NCBI GenBank assembly: GCA_965279525.1
Contig: CBDIIB010000005.1
Location: 1 to 64,000, forward strand
DNA: 64,000 bases
Source of the DNA: Tagaea sp.
Lineage (GTDB): Bacteria; Pseudomonadota; Alphaproteobacteria; CACIAM-22H2
Reading direction: 5' to 3'
The notes beneath the pieces were generated by a model. That model saw nothing but the letters and a program-made list of their open reading frames with translations, made no database searches and was not told the DNA's origin. Each line of letters begins with the position of its first letter. The first letter of the stretch is position 1. The translations under genes and the position numbers were made by a program. Below, in pieces: positions 1 to 10,846 of this stretch.

Positions 1-221
1 CCGGCGCCTCCACCATCTTCCTCGATGGGGGCGAACCAGGATCGACGCGCGGGTAAAGGCATGACTTTCGCTCGGCATGGTTCCGCCGTTATCGGGCCAT
101 TCTAGAGATGCCAATGACAACGTGGCTCTCGCTTCGGAAGCCCGTCTCGCGGCCTAACGGTCGCTTGACAGGTAACCTGTAGCGCGGTTCGGGGGGCACC
201 GGGCAACAGAAGCCCCCCACT
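1..221 (+). ncRNA. ssrA: Circularly permuted two-piece tmRNA gene (5' part lies outside the window)
   Basis: Acceptor-piece 3' end CGCCTCC-A-CCA at 5-15, an 11-nt intervening segment, then GGGGGCG at 27-33 that pairs with 5-11 and includes the G3:U70 Ala identity pair. Tag frame 110-157 reads ANDNVALASEARLAA*. Typical alphaproteobacterial 3' end GGGGGCACCGGGCAACAGAAGCCCCCC-ACTTTTT. Followed by sspB. Confidence 0.96.
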
Positions 222-225
222 TTTT
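191..225 (+). terminator. 3' stem of the tmRNA coding piece / intrinsic terminator
   Basis: GGGGGGC...GCCCCCC stem followed by ACTTTTT. Confidence 0.7.
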
Positions 226-279
226 GGCGGCAGGCCGCACCCGAAGGGGCGTAAGCTTGCCGCAAGGACGAGGGGTTCC

Positions 280-786
280 GTGGCCGATACGCCGACAGAC
301 AAGCTGCACTACGAACGCATGATGGAAACGGCACTGCGCGGCGTGATCCGCGAGGCGCTGACCATCGCCGCCACGACCGGCCTGCCGGGCGAGCACCATT
401 TCTATCTGACCTTCCGCACCGAGGATCCCGGCGTCGATATCCCGGCGCGCCTGCGCGCGCGCCACCCCGAGGAGATGACGATCGTCCTCCAGCACCAGTT
501 CTGGGGCCTGGAGATCGGCGACGAGCGCTTCTCGGTCACGCTTTCGTTCGACCGCGTGCACGAGCGGCTGACCGTGCCCTACGCCGCGATCACCGCTTTC
601 GTCGATCCGTCGGTCCAGTTCGGCCTGCAGTTCCCCGGTGCGGGCGGTGCCGCCGCCACGGCACCGGCGGGCGAGGCCAAGAAGCCGGCCGAAGCTGCGG
701 CACCTGCTGCCGCGGGCGAAGCGCCGGCCGAGCCTGCCGATCCGTCGGGTCGCGTCGTGGCCCTCGACGCCTTCCGCAAGAAATAG
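280..786 (+). CDS. sspB: ClpXP adaptor SspB (alphaproteobacterial type)
   Basis: LPGEHHFYLTFRT and HPEEMTIVLQHQFW motifs; C-terminal VVALDAFRKK ClpX-binding tail; adjacent to ssrA; GTG start with GAGGGG SD. Confidence 0.93.
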   Translation: MADTPTDKLHYERMMETALRGVIREALTIAATTGLPGEHHFYLTFRTEDPGVDIPARLRARHPEEMTIVLQHQFWGLEIGDERFSVTLSFDRVHERLTVPYAAITAFVDPSVQFGLQFPGAGGAAATAPAGEAKKPAEAAAPAAAGEAPAEPADPSGRVVALDAFRKK

Positions 787-816
787 CCCCTCCCCTTCCG
801 ACGAGAGATTGCTGAC

Positions 817-2429
<1,613 letters not shown>

Positions 2430-2433
<4 letters not shown>

Positions 2434-2951
2434 ACCGGCATCCGCCGGAGACGACCCAATGGCACGCCGAGCCTGAAGGCGCGGCGTTCGACACGTCCGA
2501 CTGGAACGAGCGCGTGGCGCTCATGTACGCGCACTGGCGCAGCATCCGTCCGGCGCCGGACCTGCTGCCCGGCCGCCGGCACTTCGACCCGATCGATGTG
2601 CCGAAGGCGCTGGCGTCGGTCTGGATGCTCGACGTGCAGCAAGAGCCGTTTCGCCTCAAGTACCGGCTGATCGGCACGAACATCGTGCGCATGATCGGTG
2701 GCGACTTCACCGGGCGCTGGTTCGACGAGGCGCGCCCCAACCTCCTCAAATCCACGCCAAGGCTCGAGCGCTATAGGCTGATGGTCGAGACCGGCCGCGC
2801 CACCTGGCGGCGGGGTGCCCCGGTCCTCGCGGTCGATCCCTACTGGAAAACGTCCGAGAACGTGATGATGCCCATGGCGAGCGACGGGCGGAACGTCGAC
2901 CTGCTGCTGTGCTGCTCGGTCTACTACAGCCACGACGGGAACGTGCTGTAG
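2430..2951 (+). CDS. Stand-alone PAS-domain protein (PAS_5-like)
   Basis: 3' part of ORF 1122..2951; GTGA overlap with the fumarase stop; [23 protein letters not shown] and DFTGRW pattern typical of PAS_5. Confidence 0.75.
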
Positions 2952-2980
2952 GGACGCATGGGCCTCAACCGGAGAATTCC

Positions 2981-3382
2981 ATGGATACCCGACTGGCCGA
3001 GACCGCGCGGACCTGCCTTGCCGGCGCCGAGAACGACACGATGACCTTCCCGCAGATCGTCGGCGCGCTGATGGATGCCGGCTTCGAGAGCTATTCCGTC
3101 GATTTCCGCCGTGCGTGCGCAATCTACTACCTGCCCGACGGCGACAGCGTCGAACTGGCGGCACACAAGGCCGCGACGCCGATCGCGGTAGCACTGGACG
3201 TCGCAGCCATCCGGGCGGCGATCCGCGAGGCCCAGATGCTGGTGCCCGGCTACACCTATCGGGGATTCTGCGAGAAGGTCCGCGCGGCGGGATGTGCGGG
3301 CTACATCGTCTCGTTCGCGGGGCGGCGCGCGGTCTATTTCGGCCGCGACGGCGCCACGCATGTCGAGCACTTCCCGAAATGA
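2981..3382 (+). CDS. DUF1398-like protein
   Basis: GGAGA SD before ATG 2981; TFPQIVGALMDAGFESYSVDFR and AGCAGYIVSFAGRRAVYFGRDG pattern. Confidence 0.75.
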   Translation: MDTRLAETARTCLAGAENDTMTFPQIVGALMDAGFESYSVDFRRACAIYYLPDGDSVELAAHKAATPIAVALDVAAIRAAIREAQMLVPGYTYRGFCEKVRAAGCAGYIVSFAGRRAVYFGRDGATHVEHFPK

Positions 3383-3395
3383 CGGGCTGCGGGCG

Positions 3396-3980
3396 CTAGT
3401 TCAGCCGTCGCGCAGGCACGGCCTCGCCGCCGGAAGCGGCCGTCGCACCGCCCGTCCCCCATTCCGTCGGCAGTTCCCACTCGGCCTTGCGCGCGGCATC
3501 GCGCAGGATCTTGAGCAGTCCGAACACGCCCTCGTCGACAAGACCGAGTTCGACGCGCGTGGTGTCGGTGGCGATCAGCACGATCTTGTTCATGCCCTCG
3601 GCACTGCGCGACACGTTGAAGCCCCACAGCAGCTTGGCCCCCGCCAGCACTTCGGCGGGTAGCGGACCTGCTGCCGGGGCGGCCGGCGCCGCCGGCTCGG
3701 CCGGCCGGCCCGGCTCGCGGAACGGCGTGCTGAAATCGGCTTTGGCCGTGGCGCGCGTCTCGGCCATGTCGAGCAGGAATTCGCGCGCGGCCGGGTTCTT
3801 GGTGTCGGCCATCGCCTTGCGCAGCTCGCCCGTCAGTGCGGTCCAGACGAGGCGCAGGAACCGGCGCGTCAGCAAGAGCTTGACGCTTTCCGGCTGGCCG
3901 CTCGCGTTCATGCGCAGCAGGAGCCGGTCTTCGACGGGCAGGTGATCGATGGCGAATTGCTGGATCGCGTTCGTGGACAT
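3396..3980 (-). CDS. Conserved-looking hypothetical protein
   Basis: Coding-like codon use; EDRLLLRMN and LLLTRR motifs; Pro/Ala linker between two segments. Confidence 0.7.
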   Translation of the reverse strand: MSTNAIQQFAIDHLPVEDRLLLRMNASGQPESVKLLLTRRFLRLVWTALTGELRKAMADTKNPAAREFLLDMAETRATAKADFSTPFREPGRPAEPAAPAAPAAGPLPAEVLAGAKLLWGFNVSRSAEGMNKIVLIATDTTRVELGLVDEGVFGLLKILRDAARKAEWELPTEWGTGGATAASGGEAVPARRLN

Positions 3981-4034
3981 GCCGGGCTAGTTTGGGCTGC
4001 CCGACGGATATTGCAAGGACTGGCCCTCGCCCCC

Positions 4035-5012
4035 ATGGACGGACCCGATCTCGACCTGCTGTGCGCGGGCGCGTTGCCGGAAGGAAAGCTGCTTTTCCTC
4101 AATGCGGCCCCCCACCCGGCCCTGACGGCGGTCCGCGACAGGCTGACCTGCGTCCAGCGCTGGAAACCGACAGCCGACGCACTCGCGCGTGCCGGATTCG
4201 CGACCGGCGGGATTTCCGGACCCTATGCCGGCGCACTCGTGCGCCTGGGCCGCCAGCGCGAGGTCAACCGCGCGATGCTCGCCGCCGCCCTCGACGCACT
4301 GGAACCTTCCGGCGAACTGCGCGTCGCGGGCACCAACGCACTGGGGGCCGCGAGCTACGAGAAGGACCTGCGCGCATTGGGCCTCGCGCCTTCGTCGCGC
4401 AGCAAGGCCAAGGCGCGCGTCTTCTCGACCTTGTGCAGGACGGCCGATCCGGCCGCGTGGCGCTCGCTCGCGGCACCGCGCACCATCGCCGGTACGGATT
4501 TCGTTTCGGCCCCCGGCGTTTTCGCGTGGGACCGGATCGACGAAGGCTCGAACTGCCTCGTGCGCCACCTGCCGGCCGACCTCGCCGGAACCGTCGCCGA
4601 TCTCGGCGCCGGCTGGGGCTATCTCGCGCATGCCGCCCTCGCCCGCTGCCCCGGCATTGTACGACTCGACGCGTTCGAGGCCGACGCGGTCGCGGTCGAC
4701 TGCATGCAGCACAACCTTGCACCCTTCGGGTCGCGCGCGACCTGCCGCTGGCACGACGTGGCGGCCGGCATCGACCGGGCGGCCTACGATGCCGCCCTCG
4801 TCAATCCGCCCTTCCACGACGCGCAAGGCGAGGCCCGGGCACTCGGCCTGCGATTCGTCGCGGTGGCGGCAGACGCACTGAAGCCGGGCGGCCGCCTGCT
4901 GCTGGTCGCCAACCGCCACCTCGCCTACGAGGCCGAGCTCAAGGCGCGCTTTTCCGCCGTCGCGCGCCTCGAGGAGGGCGCGGCGTTCAAGGTCTATTCG
5001 GCGACGAAATGA
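4035..5012 (+). CDS. RsmC/MTS-family class I SAM methyltransferase
   Basis: APGVFAWDRIDEGS, ADLGAGWG, NPPFH, VANRHL motifs; start placed at ATG 4035. Confidence 0.85.
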   Translation: MDGPDLDLLCAGALPEGKLLFLNAAPHPALTAVRDRLTCVQRWKPTADALARAGFATGGISGPYAGALVRLGRQREVNRAMLAAALDALEPSGELRVAGTNALGAASYEKDLRALGLAPSSRSKAKARVFSTLCRTADPAAWRSLAAPRTIAGTDFVSAPGVFAWDRIDEGSNCLVRHLPADLAGTVADLGAGWGYLAHAALARCPGIVRLDAFEADAVAVDCMQHNLAPFGSRATCRWHDVAAGIDRAAYDAALVNPPFHDAQGEARALGLRFVAVAADALKPGGRLLLVANRHLAYEAELKARFSAVARLEEGAAFKVYSATK

Positions 5013-5016
5013 CCGC

Positions 5017-6147
5017 TCAGATGCAGTAGCACTTCAGCGGTTCGAGACCGTTGAAGGCGACCGCCGAGTAGGTCGTCGTGTAGGCGCCCGTGGCCCGGAT
5101 CTCCAGCCGGTCGCCTGCTTCCAGGTCGATCGGCAGGCGATAGTCGGCCTTCTCGTAGAGAACGTCGGCCGAATCGCAGGTCGGGCCCGCAAGCACGACA
5201 CGCTCGACCTTCGAGCCCTTCTTCGAGGACACGATCGGGTACTGGATCGCCTCGTCCATCGTCTCGGCGAGACCGCCGAACTTGCCGATGTCGAGATAGA
5301 CCCAGCGGCGCGTGTCGCGCTTGGACTTGCGCGAAACGAGCACCACTTCGGTGTCGATCAGGCCGGCATTGCCGACCATCTGGCGGCCGGGCTCGACGAT
5401 GATCTCGGGCACGCGGTTGCCGAAATGGCGCGCGAGTGCCGCATGGATCGCAGCGCCGTAGCTGCCCATCGCCGGGATGTCCTTGCGGTACTTGGTCGGG
5501 AAGCCGCCGCCGAGGTTGAGCATGTTGAGCTGCACGCCGGCGTCCTCGCACTCGCGGAACAGCCATGCCGCCTGCTCGACCGCCCGGTCCCAGGCGTTCG
5601 GATCCTTCATCTGCGAGCCGACATGGAACGACACGCCGTGCGGCACGACGCCCTTCGAGGCGGCCGAGATCAACAGCTCGCGCGCCATCTCGATGTCGCA
5701 GCCGAACTTGCGCGACAGCGGCCAGTCGGCCCCTTCGCCCGAGGTGAGGATGCGGCAGAACACCTTGGCGCCCGGTGCGGCGACCGAGAGCTTCGCAAGC
5801 TCGGCTTCCGAGTCGAACGCGAACAGGCGCACGCCGCGCGCGTAGGCGGCCGCGATGTCGTCCTTCTTCTTGATCGTGTTGCCGTACGAGATCTTGTCGG
5901 CACCCACGCCCGCGCGCAGCGCCATGTCGATCTCGTTGACCGAGGCGGTGTCGAACGACGAACCGAGCTTCGTCAGCACGTCGAGGATCTCCGGCGCCGG
6001 GTTGGCCTTGATGGCGTAGTAGATGCCGGCCTGCGGAACCGCGTCCTTGAGCTTGCGATAGTTGTCGGCGACGACGTCGAGGTCGACGACCAGATAGGGG
6101 GTCGGTCGTCGCTCGGCGAGAAAGTCGCGGATCTTCTTGGTGGTCAT
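5017..6147 (-). CDS. Type III PLP-dependent ornithine/lysine decarboxylase
   Basis: YYAIKAN (PLP Lys), KFGC, HVGSQ, EPGR, GPTCDS motifs; downstream of hss. Confidence 0.92.
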   Translation of the reverse strand: MTTKKIRDFLAERRPTPYLVVDLDVVADNYRKLKDAVPQAGIYYAIKANPAPEILDVLTKLGSSFDTASVNEIDMALRAGVGADKISYGNTIKKKDDIAAAYARGVRLFAFDSEAELAKLSVAAPGAKVFCRILTSGEGADWPLSRKFGCDIEMARELLISAASKGVVPHGVSFHVGSQMKDPNAWDRAVEQAAWLFRECEDAGVQLNMLNLGGGFPTKYRKDIPAMGSYGAAIHAALARHFGNRVPEIIVEPGRQMVGNAGLIDTEVVLVSRKSKRDTRRWVYLDIGKFGGLAETMDEAIQYPIVSSKKGSKVERVVLAGPTCDSADVLYEKADYRLPIDLEAGDRLEIRATGAYTTTYSAVAFNGLEPLKCYCI

Positions 6148-6178
6148 CCCGAAGTACTCCAGTTCTCCAGAGGTAGCG

Positions 6179-7603
6179 TCAGGCGACGCGGAAGTTGTCG
6201 AATTGCCAAGGATCGTCCCGCACGAGTCGTTCGGGAAAGAGTCTCTCGCGATCCTTCAGGGGATTCCAGTCCGAATAGGCGCCTACGACGGTGCCGAGAT
6301 ACGGACGGCAGACTTCCATGCAGCGCGCATGGTCCATCTCGTCCGCCTCGACCGGTCCCGCCGTCGGGTTCTCGATCGCCCACACGATGCCGGCCAGCAC
6401 CGCGACCGTGACCTGCAGCGAGGTCGCGTTGTTGTGCGGGCAGAGCTTGCGCGACTCCTCGATCGTCAGGCGCGAGCCGAACCAGTACGCACCTTTCTTG
6501 TGTCCCATCAGCAGCACGCCCAGCTCGTCCATGCCGGTCGTGATCTCGTCCATCATCAGCCGCTTGGCGGGCTGCATGATCCAGTTCTTGCCGGCCAGCT
6601 CGTGCAGCGACAGCACGGCGTCGTCGCACGGGTGGTAGGCGTAGTGCACGGTCGGCCGGTAGGCGACCTTGCCGGCGGTCTCGACCGTGTAGTAATCCGC
6701 GATCGAGATCGACTCGTTGTGGGTCACGAGGAAGCCCTGATAGGCGCCCTCGAGCGGCGTCCAGGAGCGCACGCGCGTGCCCGCGCCCGGACGCATCAGG
6801 TAGATGGCGGCATCGCAGCCGAACTCGTGGCGCTTGCCGTCGGCCGGGAACGTCTTCTCGTGGCTGCCCCAGCCGAGCTCGGCCGGCTGCGAGCCTTCGC
6901 CCACGAAGCCGTCGATCGACCAGGTGTTGACGAACTCGCCGACCTTCTTGGGGTAACCGGCGACCTGGGTGTCGCGCTCGGCGATGTGGATGACCTTGAC
7001 GCCAAGCTTTGCGGCAAGCCCGGCCCAGTCGCCGCGCGAGGCCGGCGCCTTGGCGGGTGCCGCACCGGTGTCGTTGGCGATGTTGAGCAGCGCTTCCTTG
7101 ACGAGATGCGAGACCAGGCCCGGGTTGGCGCCGTGCGTGAGCACCGCGGTCGGGCCGCCGGCGAACTTGGCGCGCAGCGCCCGGGCGGACTCGCGCAGCG
7201 CATAGTTGGAGCGCTGCGAGGGCGTCAGCGACGGGTCGGTGTAGCCGCCCGGCCACGGCTCGATGCACGTGTCGAGATAGAAAGCACCCTGCGCGTTGGC
7301 GAGTTCGATCAGCGCCACCGACGAGACGTCGACGGACAGGTTCAGCAGGAAGTCGCCGGCGGCCAGGCGCGGCGCCAGCACGTCGCGGTAGTTCGCGCGC
7401 GTCAGCGCCTGCTCGACGAACTCGATCCCGTACTCGGCCGCGACTTCGCGCCCGCGCGGCTCGGCGGTCACGATCGAGATGCGGCTGGCCGGCATGTCGA
7501 TATGGCGGATGATGAGCGGCAGGACGCCCTGGCCGATCGAGCCGAAGCCCACGATCACCAGTCGCCCGGAATACGCCACATGCTTCTTGTCGTACAAACC
7601 CAC
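6179..7603 (-). CDS. hss: Homospermidine synthase
   Basis: GFGSIG NAD-binding motif, HGANPGLVS, FVNTWSIDGF, HNESISIADY, NATSLQV; GTG 7603 with GGGAG SD (alternative start 7624). Confidence 0.93.
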   Translation of the reverse strand: MGLYDKKHVAYSGRLVIVGFGSIGQGVLPLIIRHIDMPASRISIVTAEPRGREVAAEYGIEFVEQALTRANYRDVLAPRLAAGDFLLNLSVDVSSVALIELANAQGAFYLDTCIEPWPGGYTDPSLTPSQRSNYALRESARALRAKFAGGPTAVLTHGANPGLVSHLVKEALLNIANDTGAAPAKAPASRGDWAGLAAKLGVKVIHIAERDTQVAGYPKKVGEFVNTWSIDGFVGEGSQPAELGWGSHEKTFPADGKRHEFGCDAAIYLMRPGAGTRVRSWTPLEGAYQGFLVTHNESISIADYYTVETAGKVAYRPTVHYAYHPCDDAVLSLHELAGKNWIMQPAKRLMMDEITTGMDELGVLLMGHKKGAYWFGSRLTIEESRKLCPHNNATSLQVTVAVLAGIVWAIENPTAGPVEADEMDHARCMEVCRPYLGTVVGAYSDWNPLKDRERLFPERLVRDDPWQFDNFRVA

Positions 7604-7799
7604 GTATGTGAACTCCCGCGGCACGCGCCTAATGGTGTTCGATCACCGTTTCGGCGGAGCCATGCCCGATCGAGCGGGGCCCGATGCTCGGACCAACACG
7701 TCGAAACCGGATGTTTGGAACTATGCGGAAATGAGACGTTCCGCAGCGGAGGGCCTCTTCCGGACGCCGGCCGATCATGCGATCGGGTGAGCGCGTCCG

Positions 7800-8075
7800 G
7801 ACGCCGACGGTGCCATAAAGCGGGGCACCGTCAGGCGGCGGTCATCCGTGCATAAACGGGTGGCGTGAAGCCCCGTACTCGGTCGCAACCATGTCCACAT
7901 CCCTAAAGGAACACCGGCCCACTGTTGACCGGTTCGTGCCGAAAAGGACGCGTCTACGTCGTTGCTTGACCTCGAGCGCTTGGTGGTCGAGAGGCGTGAG
8001 TGCTCTTCGCGAGCTCTCCGCCCTACCTCTTAGCGCTTGCCTCGTGGGCCTGGGGCACGTGCGATTGGCGTCTGA
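7800..8075 (-). promoter_or_regulatory. Long leader of hss-odc resembling the alphaproteobacterial speF leader motif
   Basis: Blocks CTCACGCCTCT, AAGCAACGACG and ACCGGTCA..GGCCGGTGT resemble the speF motif as I recall it; upstream of a decarboxylase operon; candidate promoter TTGCGC-N16-TATTTA at 8108-8081. Confidence 0.6.
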
Positions 8076-8183
8076 AACGCTAAATATCACAATTGTCCCG
8101 CCGCGCAAGAGTAAATCGCGGGCAGAGCCGCATGACTCGTCAACGCCGACCCGCGCTGACGACATGACGCCGATGACGACGGC

Positions 8184-8678
8184 TCACTTGAACTTGGTCG
8201 ATGCGGCGCGCAGCGCCTTCAGCAGTTCCGCTTCGATGCGTCCGCCAAGACCGGTGATGCGCTGGGCGAGCACGACGTAGAGCGCGTCGATGTGGTGGCC
8301 GACGATCACGGTGTTCCACGCGTTGGGCTCGCGGATCTGCGTGGCGTAGTCGTGCAGCGACTTGGATATCTGGGTGAGCAGCGGGAACTTGAACGTGCCG
8401 CCCATTCCCTTGATCTCGAGCGAGTCGGCCACGATGCGCTCGATCAGCGACATCGGCGGCGCCTCGCCGTCGTCGAACGCCGCCATCTCCTCGCGCAGCG
8501 CCTTCAGCTTCTCGCCGACCTGGCGCGTGAACTGGTCCGACGATTTCTCGACGACCATCTGGAGCTTCTGGGTTTCCTGGGGCGACAGGATGACGCCGAA
8601 GCCCGTCTTGAAATTGACCGCGCGTTTGCGCAGGTCGGTCGACGGCTGGATGATCTGGACCTTAACCTTGCTCGCCAA
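8184..8678 (-). CDS. Hpt-like (CheE-like) protein lacking the phospho-accepting His
   Basis: SLEIKGMGGTFKFPLLT aligns with the AH(D/E)(L/I)KGxGGTFGYPL pattern; HIDAL; TTG start with GGGGAG SD. Confidence 0.7.
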   Translation of the reverse strand: MASKVKVQIIQPSTDLRKRAVNFKTGFGVILSPQETQKLQMVVEKSSDQFTRQVGEKLKALREEMAAFDDGEAPPMSLIERIVADSLEIKGMGGTFKFPLLTQISKSLHDYATQIREPNAWNTVIVGHHIDALYVVLAQRITGLGGRIEAELLKALRAASTKFK

Positions 8679-8714
8679 AGTCGCTTACTCCCCGGGGTGA
8701 CGTTGCGGCCGACC

Positions 8715-9224
8715 TTAGCCTTTCGGCGCGTTGGGATCGACTCCCCGCCGATCAGCCCCGTTGTAGGGAAGCTGCTTGCGCCGCCGCTCGGGGCCGAAAT
8801 AGCCCGGCGCGCTGACGAAGGAGCGCGGGTAGGCGATCACGGCCGACAGCCGCTTGTAGAGCGAATCGACCGTATAGGGCTTGGCGACGAACTCGTTGGC
8901 GCCATGGTCGCGCGCCTCGACGACGAAAGGCTCTTCCGAACGCGCCGTCAGGACGATCACGGGGAGCAGGCGGTCGCGCGAACTCGGATCGTTGCGGATG
9001 AAGTCGACGAGCTCGATGCCGTTCTTCGGCGTGATCTCGCGCTCGGTGATCAGGATGTCGATGTTGCCTTCCTTGAGCACGTCGAACGCCTTGTCGTAGT
9101 CCGTCGCGCGCCGCACGTAGTTGGCGCCGAGCATCGACAGGATGTCGTTGAGCATCTGCAGGGCAAGCGGGTTCGGATCGACGATCAGGAACCGTACCTT
9201 GCTGAAGTCGATCTTCTCGGCCAT
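8715..9224 (-). CDS. CheY-like receiver with Arg-rich c-di-GMP-binding tail (Cle-like)
   Basis: Receiver fold (LIVD, VIVLTA, GANEFVAKP); tandem YFGPERRR / YNGADRR motifs; Glu61 at the phospho-Asp position. Confidence 0.82.
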   Translation of the reverse strand: MAEKIDFSKVRFLIVDPNPLALQMLNDILSMLGANYVRRATDYDKAFDVLKEGNIDILITEREITPKNGIELVDFIRNDPSSRDRLLPVIVLTARSEEPFVVEARDHGANEFVAKPYTVDSLYKRLSAVIAYPRSFVSAPGYFGPERRRKQLPYNGADRRGVDPNAPKG

Positions 9225-9418
9225 CGGACCTTGGAACCATTTGAATGCCGAACGACTAATAAGGATTCCGCCCGCAAGTGACAAGGTACGCGTGATGCTT
9301 GAATATTCCGGACTTGCGGTGCCTAATTCCGCGGGGGCCTCGGGAATTTCACATCGGTTTAGGGGGTAAACCCCTCCTGACACTGCGAATGTGAAAACCG
9401 GGCGGATGCAGGAAACGA

Positions 9419-10831
9419 ATGGGCGAGCGCGCGTCCACGCGAATCGAGCGCGACAGTTTCGGGCCCATCGAGGTGCCCGCCGACCGCTATTGGGGCGCCC
9501 AGACCCAACGCAGCGTCGAACTCTTCCGCATCGGCACCGAACGCATTCCCGAACCGCTCGTGCGCGCCTTCGGCGTGCAGAAGAAGGCGGCCGCACTCGC
9601 GAACATGGCGCTGGGCGAGCTTGACGCGAAGCTCGGCGCCGCCATCGTGCGGGCGTGCGACGAAGTCATCGCGGGCAAGCTCTTCGACCATTTCCCGCTG
9701 CTCGTCTGGCAGACCGGTTCGGGCACCCAGACGAACATGAATGCCAACGAGGTGATCGCCAACCGGGCGAACGAGATGCTCGGCGAGGCGCTGGGCACGC
9801 GAAAGCCGGTCCACCCGAACGACCACGTCAACCGGGGCCAGTCGTCGAACGACAGTTTCCCGACTGCGATGCATATTGCGACGGTCGCCGAGCTGCACGA
9901 CACGCTGCTGCCCGGCCTTGCCCGGCTGCACGAGGTGCTGCAGGCCAAGGCGACCGAGTTCGCCGGCATCGTCAAGCTCGGCCGGACCCACCTCCAGGAC
10001 GCGGTCCCGATGACGCTGGGCCAGGAATTCGGCGCCTGGGCCCGCCAGGTCGAGCTCGGCATCGCGCGCGTCGAGACGACGTTGCCCCGCCTCTACCGCG
10101 TGGCGCAGGGCGGGACGGCCGTCGGCACCGGGCTCAACGCGCACAAGGGGTTCGCCGCGAAGTTCGCCCAGGAACTGGCGCGCATGGCCAACCTCCCGTT
10201 CATGCCGGCCGAAGACAAGTTCGAGGCGATCGCCGCCCACGACGCGCTGGTCGAGTGCTCGGGCGCGCTCAGCACCCTTGCCGTCGGCCTCAACAAGATC
10301 GCCAACGACGTGCGCCTGCTCGCCTCGGGTCCGCGCAGCGGATTCGCCGAAATCGCACTGCCGGAGAACGAGCCCGGCTCGTCGATCATGCCCGGCAAGA
10401 CGAATCCCACCCAGGCCGAGGCGCTGACGATGGTCTGCGCCCAGGTCTTCGGCAACCACACGACGGTGACGTTCGCGGGCGCTTCGGGCCATCTCCAGCT
10501 CAACGTCTACAAGCCCGTCATCGCCTACAGCCTCCTGCAGTCGATCCGGCTGCTCGGAGACGCCTCGGCGAGCTTCGCCGACAACTGCGCCAGCGGCATC
10601 TCCCCCAATGCCGCCCAGATCGCGCGCAATCTCGAGCGTTCGCTGATGCTCGTGACGGCGCTCAATCCGCATGTCGGCTACGACGTGGCCGCGCGCATCG
10701 CCAAGCATGCGCATGCGCACGACATCACGCTCAAGCAGGCGGCCATCGACCTCGGTCTGGTGTCCGCCGCCGATTTCGACCGCTGGGTCCAGCCGATCGA
10801 CATGCTGGGCCCGCGCGAAGCACGCCATTAA
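9419..10831 (+). CDS. fumC: Class II fumarate hydratase
   Basis: [41 protein letters not shown] signature. Confidence 0.96.
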   Translation: MGERASTRIERDSFGPIEVPADRYWGAQTQRSVELFRIGTERIPEPLVRAFGVQKKAAALANMALGELDAKLGAAIVRACDEVIAGKLFDHFPLLVWQTGSGTQTNMNANEVIANRANEMLGEALGTRKPVHPNDHVNRGQSSNDSFPTAMHIATVAELHDTLLPGLARLHEVLQAKATEFAGIVKLGRTHLQDAVPMTLGQEFGAWARQVELGIARVETTLPRLYRVAQGGTAVGTGLNAHKGFAAKFAQELARMANLPFMPAEDKFEAIAAHDALVECSGALSTLAVGLNKIANDVRLLASGPRSGFAEIALPENEPGSSIMPGKTNPTQAEALTMVCAQVFGNHTTVTFAGASGHLQLNVYKPVIAYSLLQSIRLLGDASASFADNCASGISPNAAQIARNLERSLMLVTALNPHVGYDVAARIAKHAHAHDITLKQAAIDLGLVSAADFDRWVQPIDMLGPREARH

Positions 10832-10846
10832 CACTCGGGGGGAGAC

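Noticed and set aside
89-334. Two - strand ORFs at the window start
   Set aside because: They overlap the tmRNA gene
9225-9418. AT-richer spacer between the Cle-like gene and fumC, with TTCA-N7-TTAG
   Set aside because: Too degenerate to call a CtrA site; ordinary divergent promoter DNA
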